The notes under the pieces were generated by a model. It made no database searches. It saw nothing but the letters and a program-made list of their open reading frames with translations, and was not told where the DNA came from. A stretch of 64,000 nucleotides of DNA from Octopus sinensis (lineage: Eukaryota): NCBI RefSeq assembly GCF_006345805.1, contig NC_043004.1, positions 31,000,001 to 31,064,000 of the forward strand. Direction: 5' to 3'. The position numbers and the translations under genes are program-made. Below, one piece after another: positions 14,209-27,974 of this stretch; position 1 is the first letter of the stretch, and each line of letters starts with the position of its first letter.

Positions 14209-16479
14209 CTGTAAAAAATAAATTAAAACGTTTGTGAAATAATAGTTTCTATTTGAAGAAATGCCAAGAATTGAAATTTTTATCTCAATATAAATTAAGA
14301 AAAATGCTTAGTATGTGTGTATGTGTGCATATGTGTGTGGATATTGGTGTATATGTGTGTATGTGTATATATGTGCTTATATGTCTGTATGTATATGTGA
14401 TGTATATACATGTATTTCAATTAACATACTGTTAAATGCCTGCCATAGTTTCCTGACAGTGAGTGTTAAACTGGATATTAACCCCCCTTGACAGCACCTA
14501 TTTAAAAAGATTGTCAACAACCTCTAAAATTAACATCCATTCAGCTACCAGAATGAAAACTCGCTTCAGATTTTCTGATATAATCATGAAAATACAAATC
14601 TGGTGCCTTGCTGTACTCAAGAAGACCCACCCTCCACAGTAGATGCGTTAATGCCTCTCCTCCTCTTCCTGAAGAAGATTGGCTGTGCCACATAAAAGCA
14701 ACCATGCCAGTACCATGTATAAACCACCCAGGACATTCTGTAAAGTGACTGACATTAAGAAGGGCATCCAGAAGTAGAAACCAAGCTAAACCAGACTGGA
14801 ACCTGGCGCAGCTCTGATCAAAGCATCCAACTCATACCAGCATGGAAAACAGATGTTAGAGGAGAGGGGGGAGGAGGAGGGGGAGGAGGAGGGGGAGGAG
14901 GAGGAGGAGGAGGGGGGAGGAGGGGGGGGAGGAGGATAATGATCACCATGGTAATCATCATCATCATCATCATCATCATCATAAATGCCCCTATACTAGG
15001 TATCTTTTATACCTTCAAACATAAAACATTAAGACATGTCAACCTAAGTGAAATCGTGGCCATCCACTCACAGACATTCTCCCTTAGGTACCTCATCTGC
15101 TGAGGCCTTTCCACTCTCTCTCATGTGCCTATCTGCACACTCTCCATACCTTCGCATATGTTCCTTACCCACCTCCCAGCCTTTCCAGTTTCCCTCACAA
15201 TCACTTGCTATAGTCATGTTGTCCCTATCTCTGAACATATCACCTCACACTCTTATGGAACATCCCCCTTTATTCCCTCTATTCCACTTATACTCACTGC
15301 TCTGCTGTTCCCTGTGGGTAGGCCCTAATATATCTCTTACACCATCTATTTCTCTCTATCTCTTTCACTCTGACTGTCTCTTTACCTTTCTCTCTAACTC
15401 TCCCCCACATTCCTTCTCCTTCCTTGTCCAACTGGGATAGTCAAGTATCACTTTACAGTAAGATGACTATCTCTACCCTCTCACCTGGGCACACAGCCAC
15501 ATCGCTCAGTTACACTCCTTCTCTCAACTAAGAGGTCTAGGTCTTGCAAGTTACTTGGCAACCCTACTGGTGCTGGTGCCAAATAAAAAGTATCTGCGCC
15601 AGTGCTACATAAAATGTAGTTATGTTAGTGCCATGTAAAAAAGCACCTGTGCTTGTGCTATCTAAAAATCTAAAAAGCATGCAGTACACTGTGAAGTAGT
15701 TGGCTTCAGGAAGGGCATCCTGCTTTAGAAACCATGCCAAAACAGACAATTGGAGCCTGGTGCAGCACTCCAGTTTTCCAGCTCCTATCAAACCATCAAA
15801 CACATAGAAAATGGATGTTAGCATAGAAAATGGATGTTAGATGATGATGATGATATTGATGATCTTATGTACATAGACGTACCTTGCATTTATATATCTT
15901 ATGCATACATGTCTCATGTATACACATCTAACATATATAGAAATATAGATACAGATTTGTATTCTGACTGTAAATCATGACTTGTACCTCTTATCACGAT
16001 TACATTAGTCTATATAAAGAGAGGTTAACATTAAAGTTTGGAAATGCTGGGCTTTTTCTAAGAAAGAGCAAAGTGAACTGACATATATCCTGCAAATCCA
16101 ATCAATAAAGATGCTACCTAAAATCAGATATTTTAGGTACTCCCAATTTCTTCCAATTTCTCCCTTTTCACTAACTTGTCCAGTTTGTCAATGAAAAGAC
16201 AATTCAGCAGGTCTTATGTAGTGTTATCAGACTCAAAAAACGCTGATGGATTAAAGATTAAAGAGGCTTAGAAATAGCTTGCTTGTGCAAGTGCAGTCAA
16301 CCGAAAAGTCCACGTATTGGATGCCAGTAGGTTTCAGGGATCATCAGGAGAGAATGAGCACCATTTCAGGGCCCTCTTAATCAACAGTTGTTTGTTATTT
16401 TGAGAAGATGTCATTTTATTTTTTGTTAAATTTTGTCCTCTAATAGTGGGTTCCACAAAACTGTACTGATTATCTACCA

Positions 16480-17250
16480 CTTTTGGAATCCAACCACTTT
16501 TGAAATCTGGCCTGGAAGTCGTTTTCCATAAGTGAGTCAGCATCTTCTGCAATTTGCTCTGGATCTCAACAACAGTGATAAAACGGTGACCTTTGAGCTG
16601 CATTTTTATCTTGGGGAAGAAATGGAAGTCAGCAGGTGTTAAACCTGGCAAATAGGGTGGATGCGAAAGCGATACTGTGTTGCTTTTAGTGAGAAACTCA
16701 TGAGTGAGGAGAGCTCAGTGACAGGATGCATGGTCGTCGTGAAGAATCCAATTCTTTGCACTCCACAGATCCTGTTGGGTCACCATAGCTCTCTTGATTG
16801 ATGGTCTGCCCCTGGGGGATGAATTCTCGATGCACAATACTACATTCCCAGGTGTGACACTCGTGGTTGATCTCCCAGATTACTCATTGTCTTCCAAAGA
16901 TATTCTTCCACTTTTGAAGCACCTTACCACTTAAAACAGTGCATACAACCCACTGCCTTGTCACTGTAAGTTTGTTGAAGCATTTTCAATGTCTCTATAG
17001 CAGACTTCCCATGTTTAACACAAAATTTCCCGTTGACGCTTTGTTCCTGTCCATGACAAAATTGCAAACTACAGCATATATGTGATCACAAAAACACAAA
17101 TTTCACAACTTGCAAAGTAAACTCAGTGATGTCACTCAGTACACTGCCTCATGAAGGTCATTGCTAGCTTTCACAACATACACAACTGTGTGCTGCCATC
17201 TATTGGCATGTTACAGAACTAGGCTGGGAACATTTTGATACCACCTCATA
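16480..17250 (-). mobile_element. Mariner relic (deleted)
   Basis: PGLTPADFHFFPKIKMQLKGHRF..VVEIQS is a mariner C-terminal motif. TIR-like end cattttgataccacctcata. Confidence 0.8.
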
Positions 17251-17254
17251 CGTT

Positions 17255-17640
17255 CTCTGTGTTTACGTATATCTTTGCAGTGTCCCTGTTTACATTGTAC
17301 GTTTACATATATTTTTATATTGTATCTCTTTACATATATCATTACATATTGTTTGCTTACATATATCATTAGTGTTCACATATATCTTTATATACTGTCT
17401 CTATATATATATTCTTTCTGCTTACATATATATTTACATTCTCTTTATTTGCATATAAATATATGTAAATATTCCTCTCTGTTTACAAATATATTCACAT
17501 TCTTTCTGTTTACATATATTGCTATACTCTCCCCATTCACATAATCTTAATATTGTATCAATTTACATATGTAAAGACAACAAGCTTTTATATTTATTAT
17601 GTAATAAAAACAAACTTTTATATTTATATATAATTTAAAT
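17255..17640. repeat. Degenerate low-complexity array (core tttacatatat)
   Basis: Directly visible. Confidence 0.6.
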
Positions 17641-18334
17641 TATTGTAAAACCAAACTCTCTCAGTGTTATTAAAAACTTTTGTAAGTTGTATACATTACA
17701 TTCTTTTATTATAGTTTGCCATCAACACCTACACAATTCATAATGAACTGACAAATTGTTCTCAACTCTGACATGACTTGCAATTTTAGTATTGGCCTCT
17801 TCCTAAGACTAACCCCTTTATAAACTAAGTACAATATTTTACAAGCAAAGATAGATATGCTTTTCCCATTTCTTGACTAACCTGACAAACAGGTGCATTG
17901 CAATAAAGTTGCTTGCATTTTACCCTTTGCACAGTTCTAATAGGGCTTAGCACTCACACGCCAGCTCTAATATATGCCCATATGTATTTATATACATATG
18001 TGGGTGAAATAAATATCAGAGATGCTTTGCCCCATGCAGAAACTGCAGGAGCTACTCAAAGATTTGCATGCCTAAATCCATTGCAGTGTGTTTGTGTGTG
18101 TATATATACATGAAGAGAGAGAGAGAGAGAATATCACTGCTTCTGCTAATAAATGAGTCATTAACTTACTTCAACAAACAGCTCATCACCATTTTCACAA
18201 GGATTATCAAACTTGTAAAGGCACACTTTTTGTTGGAAGTTCTTTACATGTTGTATTTTAAAATATTTAGGTATTTGATTTATCCTTTTCAATACCAGAG
18301 CCATGAAGTGACTAACTAATGGACAGTACAATAT

Positions 18335-18778
18335 GTTACGTATGCATACATGTATGTATGTATGTATGTATGTATGTATGTATGTATGCATGTATGCATG
18401 CATGTATGTATGTATGTATGAATGTATATATGTATGTGTGTGTATGTATGTGTGTATGTATGTATGTATGTATGTATGTATGTATGTATGTATGTATGTA
18501 TGTATGCATCATGCATGTATGTATGTATGTATGTATGTATGTATGTGTGTGTGTATGTATGTATGTATGTATGCATCATGCATGCATGCATGCATGCATG
18601 TATGTATGTATGTATGTATGTATGTATGCATGCATGCATGCATGCATGTATGTATGTATGTATGTATGTATGTATGTATGTATGTATGTATGTATGTATG
18701 TGTGTGTGTGTATGCATGAATGTATGTATGTATGTATGTATGTATGTATGTATGTATGTATGTATGTATGTATGTATT
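18335..18778. repeat. (TATG)n/(CATG)n microsatellite
   Basis: Directly visible. Confidence 0.95.
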
Positions 18779-20130
18779 CATGATTCAGACCAGGACAAAA
18801 GAGAACAGTTGGGTTAGCTGGCATTGAGCTATGATTTTATGGGTCTCTACTCTCCCAGTAAGAGGAAAATTGAGGGCCCATTACTTAAGAATTGCTTTTT
18901 ATATAACCTGGTCTATTATGAGTTGAAATGGAGCCTACATTTCACATATAGCTTAAACCTGTTACTACTTGAAACAGGCCCTATATTCCACATCTGGACT
19001 GCATTTCACATATAACTTGAACCTGTTACCGTTTTGAATGAGGCCTATATTTTATTTCTGGCCAGGGGCCTAACACCTACATTGCACCAGCCTCCAGACA
19101 TCAGGGTATACTCTATACATTGGGCCATTTTCGTGAATTTCCATACAACAACCACATCTTTATATTGTACAGTAAATGTGAATTTTTCCTCAGCTTACAC
19201 ATTGTTATTTAACATGAGCTATTAAGCGTGGTATTGGTTTAATAATTACCAAATCATTTCCTGAAATTGAATGTTACACCATAATGGCATACCATATTAG
19301 TAAAATTGGTGATCCTAACATTATTTAGCCAAGATATTGTCATTAAAGTTTAACTACCATGGCAAACAAACAAGCAACTCATACTCTCAGTTCACAACCT
19401 TCACCAGAAAGTTCAAAATATGTGCCCTTATTTGCAATTGGTTTCAAATTATCTCTTTATTCCAATAATGGTCCTGTTTCTCTGACAGTATTTGATCAGC
19501 TATAATATGCATGTACAGCATACACACACATGCATACAAGCATAAGATTGAACAACTATAAATTAGATATGTATGGTTATAAGATCTCTCTCCCTTCACT
19601 GATGATTGAGTATGTGACACACAAATGTCTAGTTCTGATGCAGATAATGTATGTACATATAAATTATATTGGACTACCGTAGCAATTTCTTGGCTTTGTG
19701 ATCTTTCATTGCTATTTTCTTCCATGAGGAGAAGCCACATTAATCCCTATTCCAGACCTACTACAGAAATATCCCAAGTCAGTGGTGGATTAACTTAACA
19801 GCAAGATTAGTATAGCTTATACTTTCCACAAGGGACCTACGCTAAATGCTTTATTACTATAGCTCTAGGCTCCCTTTGAATTTTATGAACAACTGAGAGT
19901 TTGTGGCTGATTGAATACCCCTGAGATTCAATACACTTTGATTTAAACAAATTACAATAATCAAATTGATTGTCAGTAGTAAATGGGCTGACTTCATTTT
20001 AGCCAGATACTAATTAATAGACAATCTGTTGTATTTTTCTGACTTGATGTCTTAAACACAATGTATAATAATTAAGTTTAATCATTATTTTTTGTGCAAA
20101 TAATGTTGAATAAATGAATTAGATTATTAC

Positions 20131-20700
20131 TAATAAATCTCTGAACGAGGTATAAACAGTAACTGCACGACAATGTGAGGTATATTTGCCATCTCAATAT
20201 GGTTCCAGGAGAATATCTCCTCCAGCTGGCTATAGGCACACTTTCTGTGCCCTATCGGTATTTGCAAAGGGAGGTCATCCTTCCCTTGTCAACCTAAGTG
20301 ATACGCACGGACTGCAGTTTCTGGGTCTTGACCCATCATCAGCGTACGACAATCACTGGTTTTCAATTAAAAGAGTTCCCAATGCAAATATTAATATCCT
20401 TTTTCCAGTAACTTTTCATCACTGATCTTGAAAAAGTGTATACAAGCAATAATAAATCTCTGAACAAGGTATAAACAGTAACTGCACGACAATGTGAGGT
20501 ATATTTGCCATCTCAATATGGCTAACCACTAAGAGTGGGTGTTACTGTAGCTTGTAGCCCCAGGAGAACATCTCCTCCAGCTGGCTATAGGCATACTTTC
20601 TGTGCCCTATCGGTATTTGCAAAGGGAGGTCATCCTACACATCACGAAAGTACAGATTTACCTCCATTCCCTCTAGAAAAGATGAGCTGTAAACCTTATT
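20131..20700 (-). mobile_element. Partial tandem repeat (Penelope pLTR / retrozyme-like) containing a hammerhead ribozyme
   Basis: Direct repeats 20131-20281 and 20450-20636 (the first lacks ~36 bp) flank a segment that holds the hammerhead. Confidence 0.7.
20304..20348 (-). ncRNA. Minimal type I hammerhead ribozyme (intact core, GUC cleavage site)
   Basis: Minus strand CGUACG CUGAUGA UGGGUC AA GACCCA GAAAC UGCA GUC CGUGCG. Helix I has 6 bp (one G-U), helix II is perfect, and helix III is palindromic (ACUGCAGU). Confidence 0.85.
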
Positions 20701-20759
20701 CTTCTGTCAGTAATCTTCTATCTATCTTACTCTTTATTCTTCTATTTTATTCCTTATAA

Positions 20760-20915
20760 ACTCTGAATTTCCCTGCCTAGAACTTTCATACATACTCACC
20801 CTGTCTCTAATGACAGAATACCCAGTGTACAGACATGCTAGCCTATCACTTGGGATATCCCAGAAACAGCTGTAAGACTTCAAATTTACCCTAAAATAAA
20901 ATTATTCTATATGAC
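20760..20915 (+). mobile_element. Penelope-type terminal repeat relic with hammerhead-like motif
   Basis: gtct ctaatga ... ccca gaaac agct gta agac at 20803-20878. Homologous to 33270-33395 (-). Confidence 0.55.
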
Positions 20916-21179
20916 TTGTGATATATACATCCTACCTTGGTTTTTGTTGTCTTTTTTCCCATATTTATATATATATGTGTGTATATATACATCTGATGTA
21001 AACAAACAAGTTTGTTTTCGAAACATTGAAATGTATTATAGAACAAGTGGAGAGATAAATTTTAATCAACACATAGATACACGTTGATTAAAATTTATCT
21101 TTCTACTTGTTCTACAATATATATATATATTAATTCTATTTATATATATATATATCTTAATACAAAGAAACAGGGAAAA

Positions 21180-21310
21180 GGAGAGATAAGAAAGAAAAAA
21201 AAGGAGAGATAAGAAAGAAAAAAAGGAGAGATAAGAAAGAAAAAAAGGAGAGATAAGAAAGAAAAAAAGGAGAGATAAGAAAGAAAAAAAGGAGAGATAA
21301 GAAAGAAAAA
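21180..21310. repeat. ~21-22 bp tandem repeat (ggagagataagaaagaaaaaaa), ~6 copies
   Basis: Directly visible. Confidence 0.95.
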
Positions 21311-22000
21311 GAAGGTGAAATAAAGCAGCAAAGATGAGGAGGGGCAAGGGCCACAAACACTAAAACAACATGTGTGCTCAGTTTGATTTTTGCAGACATT
21401 AGCAATTAACTTGAAAAATTATGTTTTATTGTTTAAAAAATTTTTTTAACTGAAGAAAAGAAAACCCATGTTCGAACTGAAACAAAAACACACCGCATAT
21501 TCAGTAACATCCATTGTTTCAAGAGTCATAGGCATTTCATTCCTGCACACGATAAACTTTTATTACCTTTTAAGTGATGTGTAGTAAATTTGTGAAAACG
21601 CTTTCTTCAAATTCATTAGATAATATTTGAGCAATTTTTTTTTCACTTTCATAAGACAAAGTCATTTCATTTCATATATTTAGAGCATGAACAAAGAAGA
21701 TATTTATAGTCTCATACAATATGACAGCTTATACAAAAAGGAATAATATAATATAATATATAAAAATAGCAATAACATTGGAAAGGCAAACACTCCTTCA
21801 AGTACACACTACAACAGTGAATTCTAGTATTTCCCATCCAGTATGTGTCACAGACTGTGATATTCCTCTTTGTTTATTTTCTATTGTACACACACACACA
21901 CACACACACAAATATATATATAGTTATGTTATATTCTGTTAGAAATGTGATAGAGTACAGTATAATGCCTCCAGAATTACCCAGTACTCTTTCTCTTTTC

Positions 22001-22394
22001 TCTTTTACTTGTTTCAGTCATTTGACTGCGGCCATGCTGGAGCACCACCTTTAATCGAGCAACTCGACCCCGGGACTTATTCTTTTGTAAGCCCAGTACT
22101 TATTCTATCGGTCTCTTTTGCCGAACCGCTAAGTAACGGGGACATAAACACACCACCATCGGTTGTCAAGCAATGCTAGGGGGACAAACACAGACACACA
22201 AACACACACACGCATATATATACATATATATGACAGGCTTCTTTCAGTTTCCGTCTACCAAATCCACTCACAAGGCTTTGGTCGGCCCAAGGCTACAGTA
22301 GAAGAGACTTGCCCAAGGTGCCACACAGTGGGACTGAACCCGGAACCATGTGGTTGGTAAACAAGCTACTTACCACACAGCCACTCCTGCGCCT
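22001..22394 (-). mobile_element. tRNA-derived SINE, near full length, relatively young
   Basis: Same family as 12254-12680, with many CpGs retained. Confidence 0.9.
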
Positions 22395-23109
22395 ATCCAT
22401 AATATTATTATATACTTCCAAGTTTAAATTTGGGTATTCATCATGTGTGAATATAAAATTGAAGAAATTGGATTCAAGAAGAAGGAGTATGGCTGAACAT
22501 TTATTTATTATTCATTACAATTGCTTTTGACAAAACCTAGTTCTCCAAGAATACAGGTATTTGATTATGCAACTGTTTATTTGCATAGTGAGATCTAGTT
22601 GTATTTCCTCAAGCAATATATGAGCATTGTCTCTTAGTTTAAAGTCGTTGACTTCAAGGCCATCTCCTCTGTTCATCGTGGTTTGAATTTAGTAGCGGCT
22701 GATAGACCAATGGTGTGTGCTGTGAAAGTGACAAATATGCTCCCATGGCACACAAAATTCCTTTACACACGTCAGCACACACACACACACACCACACACA
22801 CACACACACATACACATGGACAAACATGCATGCGCACACATGCACACCCATACACGTGCATACACACACATGCCCACACACACATACATGCTTACACACA
22901 CATACATGCATATTCATTCATATGTACATATGTATATTTGCATGCATGTATGCATGCATACCTGTGTACATGAATACCATTGTGCATGCACATGCATAAG
23001 TATACACATGCAAAAATAAGCATTGGAGATTGGTAAGTATTGGGAATTGGTAAGCATTAGAACTGGTATGCATTGGGGATTGGTAAATGGTTGTCCTGCT
23101 CATGGGGTT

Positions 23110-24560
23110 GGTTGGTAGTGGTGACCTTGGTGCAGGTGGAGCAGAGTAGCAGGTGGTGCTAAGGTAGTATATCTGGGTTGTTGGCAGTCAGAAGCCTGAA
23201 ATTTGCCAGAAATGCATACCTCTGGTGACAGCAATACAATAAATCCTATTTCTTGTCGATGAATGCTGCAGGTTGTTGGAGGATATGCAGTTTTTCATGG
23301 AGGCAGAGCTGGCAGTTGGAAGCACTAGGTGAATATGGTGATGCTCTGTCGATAATAGCCCACTTGATGCTGGGTATTTCATCTCGGAGATCACAGATTC
23401 TCCAGAGAAAACAAGACAAGGAAGTAGAGTTTTCTCTGTTCCTTGACCTGAACGAGTGCATAGGCTGGGAGTATCTTACCTTGAAGTCATTAGCTATCAA
23501 ACCCATATAGAGCCTCCTAATACCATCGGATGGTGTGAGGGTGGCTCTGTATACTACAATCCTTGAAAGCAAGATCCTTCTAGAGGGCACATGGTGACGT
23601 GGTCTGGGTGCATTTTTATGCTTGTTGATGCAAGCGTTGTTAGATGTAATGTTGTCTAAGCAGGAGTAGCTCACTTTGATATTATGGGTGTTCAAGGGTT
23701 TGTAATACTTATGGCCTCTGGGAAGTGTTTCTTAATTAGCTTCGTTGGTGGAAACTTCTAGGTTAAAAGAGGAGTTATACCATATAATTTTCCTTCTCTT
23801 AATCATTTTGAGGTGAGGAGAGGGTGTTTGGGAGTTGTCCACATATGTGAGCTTCTTAGTAAACGTGCTCCTAGCCAAAGTATTGTTGTAGTGGGAGGCA
23901 GCCCTGTTAAATATCTCTCTATTAGCCAAGAGATTAAATGGTCATTTACTAATGCCTGGAACCAGGTTTCTAATTACTGCAGGGGAATGGTTTGAGCTCT
24001 TATGAATGTATACTGTATCCTCATTAGGCATCCTGTATGGGTAATACTTGCCTATACTCAGGTGTAAGGTTACATCCAAGAAATCGACCATGGTCATGTG
24101 GGTGGTAACCATTATGGACAGGTCAAACTCCTTAAATATTTTTATCAAGTCCTTCCTGAATTTGTCCATGGTGTGGCTATTCATATGGCTTGAGATAGCT
24201 AGGCCGTCCCACCTATAGAGAACCGACCTATATCGGTGGGTATGTTTCTTGATGGTATCCAAGTTGTGTAACCCAATGAGGTCAGTGATTTCAGCCCCAT
24301 CAAAGCTCCCCATAGAGGCATCAAACAAAGGGCCACTTCCTTTTTCCCTCAGAAGGTATCGTCATGGGCCAGAATTGACTTTCTAACATTCATGATAATT
24401 TTAATGTCCAGGTCACTAATGCTGGTGTATTACTCAGCAAAAGTTAGGTCCTTCAAAACGTGGGGCTTAGATATGGAAGGGTAGAAGTCAACAATGTTGA
24501 TCTGGGTGATTCTACAGGCTGATTTATTCTTGATACCATGGAAACAGTCGACCACGTCTG
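23110..24560 (-). mobile_element. Penelope-like retroelement (RT + C-terminal GIY-YIG), decayed
   Basis: FDASMGSFDGAEI..LYRWDGLAI..DFLDVTL..YIHKSSNH; RKIIWYN; KVSYSC; VVYRAT..LYMGL..FKVRY..STSLS..W..CQLCLHEK. Confidence 0.9.
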
Positions 24561-25039
24561 CACATGTGTATATACATGACTGGTAATGTACCCCTGAAAT
24601 AGGTGTAGATAGAACACGCTCCTATTTTGGGATCCTTTTCATTTATGTTTTTTTAACTTTGATATCTAGCATTCTTTCTGTATTACATTCTATATGTATA
24701 AGTGATTTTTAGATGATTTAGGGAGTTTGCCATTTTAAAAGTTGACATTTTTATTCCTATATTTATCAACCTCTCATTCATTTTGCACCTCCTATGTTTA
24801 TTACACATAACCCCTTACATGTAAATTTTATTTATATGTAATTTTATAAGTTTTCTTATATATTTTTATATTTTTTCTATAATTTTATGTATTTTTGGTT
24901 TTATTCCCTATACCCTTGAAGAATCTTTATGCCTGTACATGCATGATTTATGTTGATGGGTATAAATATATATGATTCAACTACTTTGATTGAATATTTT
25001 CATTCATGCATTCGGGAATCAGTGTGACTTTTTTCTTTT

Positions 25040-25248
25040 TTTTTTTATATTTGTTTTGGTCATTTGACTGCAGCCATGCTAGAATGCCACCTTTAGTTGA
25101 ACAAATCGATCCCAGGACTTATTCCTTATAAGCCTAGTTCTTATTTTATCATCCTCTTTTGCTGAACCAATAAGCTACAGGGCTGTAAACACACCAACAT
25201 CCATTGTCAAGCGATGGTAGGGGGACAAACGCAGACACACAAACATGT

Positions 25249-25294
<46 letters not shown>

Positions 25295-25880
25295 TCTATA
25301 TATATATACATATGCATGATGGGCTTCTTTCAGTTTCCGTCTACCAAATCCATCGATTTGCTCGATTAAAGGCGGTGCTCCAGCATGGCCGCAGTCAAAT
25401 GACTGAAACAAGTAAAAGAGTAAAAGTGTAATATATATATATATATATATATATATATTCTGTATTATATATATATATATATATTATCTTTTATACTTTA
25501 CTTGTTTCAGTCATTAGAATATGGCCATGTTTGGGCGCAGTCTAGAAAAATTTTAGTCAAATGAATCAACACAAGTACTTATTTTTTTAAGCCTGCTACT
25601 TATCCTACCGATTTCTTTTGCCAAACTACTAAGTTATTGGAACATAAACACATCAACACTGGTTACCAATCAGTGGAGAGGGACAAACACAGACACACAC
25701 AAAGATATATACAAATATACAACAGGCTTCTTTCAATTTCCATCTACCAAATTCACTCACAAGTCTTTGGTTGGCTGGAGGTTATGGTAGAAGACACTTT
25801 CCCAAGGTGCCATGCAGTAGGACTGAACCCAGAATCATGTGGTTGTTAGGGAGTATACTTCTTAGCAAACAGCCATGCCT
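25040..25880 (-). mobile_element. Cluster of SINE copies, including an inverted SINE 3' end at 25354-25425
   Basis: Same SINE family as 22001. The segment cgatttgctcg..gcagtcaaatgactgaaacaagtaaaaga is in the opposite orientation. Confidence 0.8.
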
Positions 25881-27557
25881 GCACATTTATATATACATAC
25901 ACACACACACACACACACACACGTGCACACACACACACACACACAATGAGCTTCTTTCACTTACTCAATTCACTCACAGAGTTTTGATCAACCTGTGGCT
26001 ATAGCAATTGTCACATGCCTAAGAACATTTTATATTTAATCATTTCAAAAGGGCAGGTAATATTGGAATAGTCACACATTCTCTAACGAACTTGTCAAAG
26101 GCTGATCTGCATTAAATACTAAACATAGACTAATTTATCAAACATGCAAGAAAATAAACAGACACCACCAAGACTTCTAACTAATAACACCACCAACAAC
26201 AAGATCAACAATGAAAACAGCAACAACAACAACAGTAATATGATATATACTCAATACAAAACATTTTATACACAAATCTCTGAATCAAATATCACAATAT
26301 ACTTTTTCATGCCCACTTGTGTGTTGTTTAACTGTTCAATCTTATCATCTTCTCTCAATCTAACTAAAACAAGTGAATGAAGTGTGCCTCTACATAGTTG
26401 CATGGTCTGCAGAAAACAGCTGCTAAATTTTCTCTTAACAAAACAGAAGGACAAATTCATAATGTAGTCCATGATGTACTATGCCACTTGAAAAAAAATG
26501 ATGAGTTGAAGTACCTTTGATGATAGGTCAACTGGCTGGGGTTGATTTATGACTTACAATCAACAGCAATCAGAGTAAATCAAGTTAGTCATCCACAACA
26601 TAAATATCAAATTACTTTCATATATGGTCATGGTGATAAATGGATTTTTCACAACTCTAATCAGGTATGGTTCTGTGGTTAAAAAACTTGCTTTGCAACC
26701 AAGTGATACCTGGTTTGATCCCACTATATGGCACCTTGAGCCATTGTCTCTCAGTGAGGCAAGCCTTGTGAACAGAATCTGAAGATGGAAACTGTATGGA
26801 AATCCATTTGAATGGCAAGACTAATTTTCTGTTGTTGGGTCAGTAGATTTAATCCATCATCCAGTTTAACACCTCCACTTTGGTGCAACTCTCCTTCCTT
26901 TCACATAAACATTAATTAGAAATTAAAGTAAAAATTGATTTACAAGCATTCACTATTGAACATGTGTTTCCCATTACAGCAAGATTCATGTCAGTTTCTG
27001 TGTTCATGACAACTTCAATATAACTTCATCGAGTTTGTGTTCAAAAACTGACAGAACACGTTGCACAGTTCCCACTCAGATATCTACTGTATTATAACAT
27101 AATTAATTACACTTTTCATCACACAGCACCTTCATTACAGCACATCATGCTTGCTAAACCTGTCATGTTTGAATGAGGTGTAAAGTCTTTTAACACTTCC
27201 TTTACATTTAGAAAGTGATGATTTGACAAACCAACAAAATTAATTACAATTTTCACCTGTAACATACAACAATCTATGATATGTGTGCAATCTTCCAGTG
27301 AAGGTAGCTCTAAAGACAATCTAAGAAGACATAAAATTGTAATAGGCTGATTCTTGAAAATATGCATGCTATAATTAACTTTGATTCTAATTCACTTTCT
27401 CCCAAATTAACATGGGCTTTCATCTCTATGTAATAATAGTTGATATGAATATTGGTTGGTTGGTTGGTTGGTTCATTATATTTTACATTATATAGAAAGA
27501 GGAGAAGAGAGAGAGAGTAAATGACAGATTCGGAGAGAGGTAACATAAAGAGATGCA

Positions 27558-27974
27558 CAGGGCTGGATTAAGACCCATAAAGGCCCTGAGCATTTAAAAG
27601 ATTTTAGTGCCTCAATATAAATGTAATTCAACATATAAACAATAATAGATCATAAGATACATTTTATTTTTCAAAATGAAACAAAACTAATAATAAGATG
27701 GAAAATAGTGTTTATTTTTGTATACTTCCACTTTATTTGTGGAAGTTTTTTCTACTTTTTTAATTGCATAGTTTTTGATCAGATCCTCAAAATTAATTTT
27801 ACTTAACACATTTACTTCTATACTTAGTAGAGATAAGGCATACCAAATATTATCTTAGCAAGTTTAAAGTGATTTCTTTAGTGCCATAAACCATCTACCA
27901 TTTTTAGGGTGCATCTCACCTTCCCTTGATGCCCTAACCATGCTCTTATTTTGCTTCATGGTTAATCTAGTACT
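27558..27974. mobile_element. hAT-type non-autonomous element (copy 1)
   Basis: TIR cagggctggattaa / ttaatctagtacta. The 8-bp flanks gagatgca / gaggtgct match at 6/8. Homologous to 49773-50195. Confidence 0.75.

Noticed and set aside
18900-19060. ~68-bp degenerate local duplication (catttcacatata.ctt.aacctgttac)
   Set aside because: Only two clear, diverged copies and no further structure.
25056-25425. Inverted SINE ends as a dedicated hairpin element
   Set aside because: Explained by two SINE copies of different age in opposite orientation; the arms are short and diverged.
26880-27400. Coding-like fragments on the minus strand after an acceptor at ~27267
   Set aside because: Stops occur in all frames and there is no identifiable motif.
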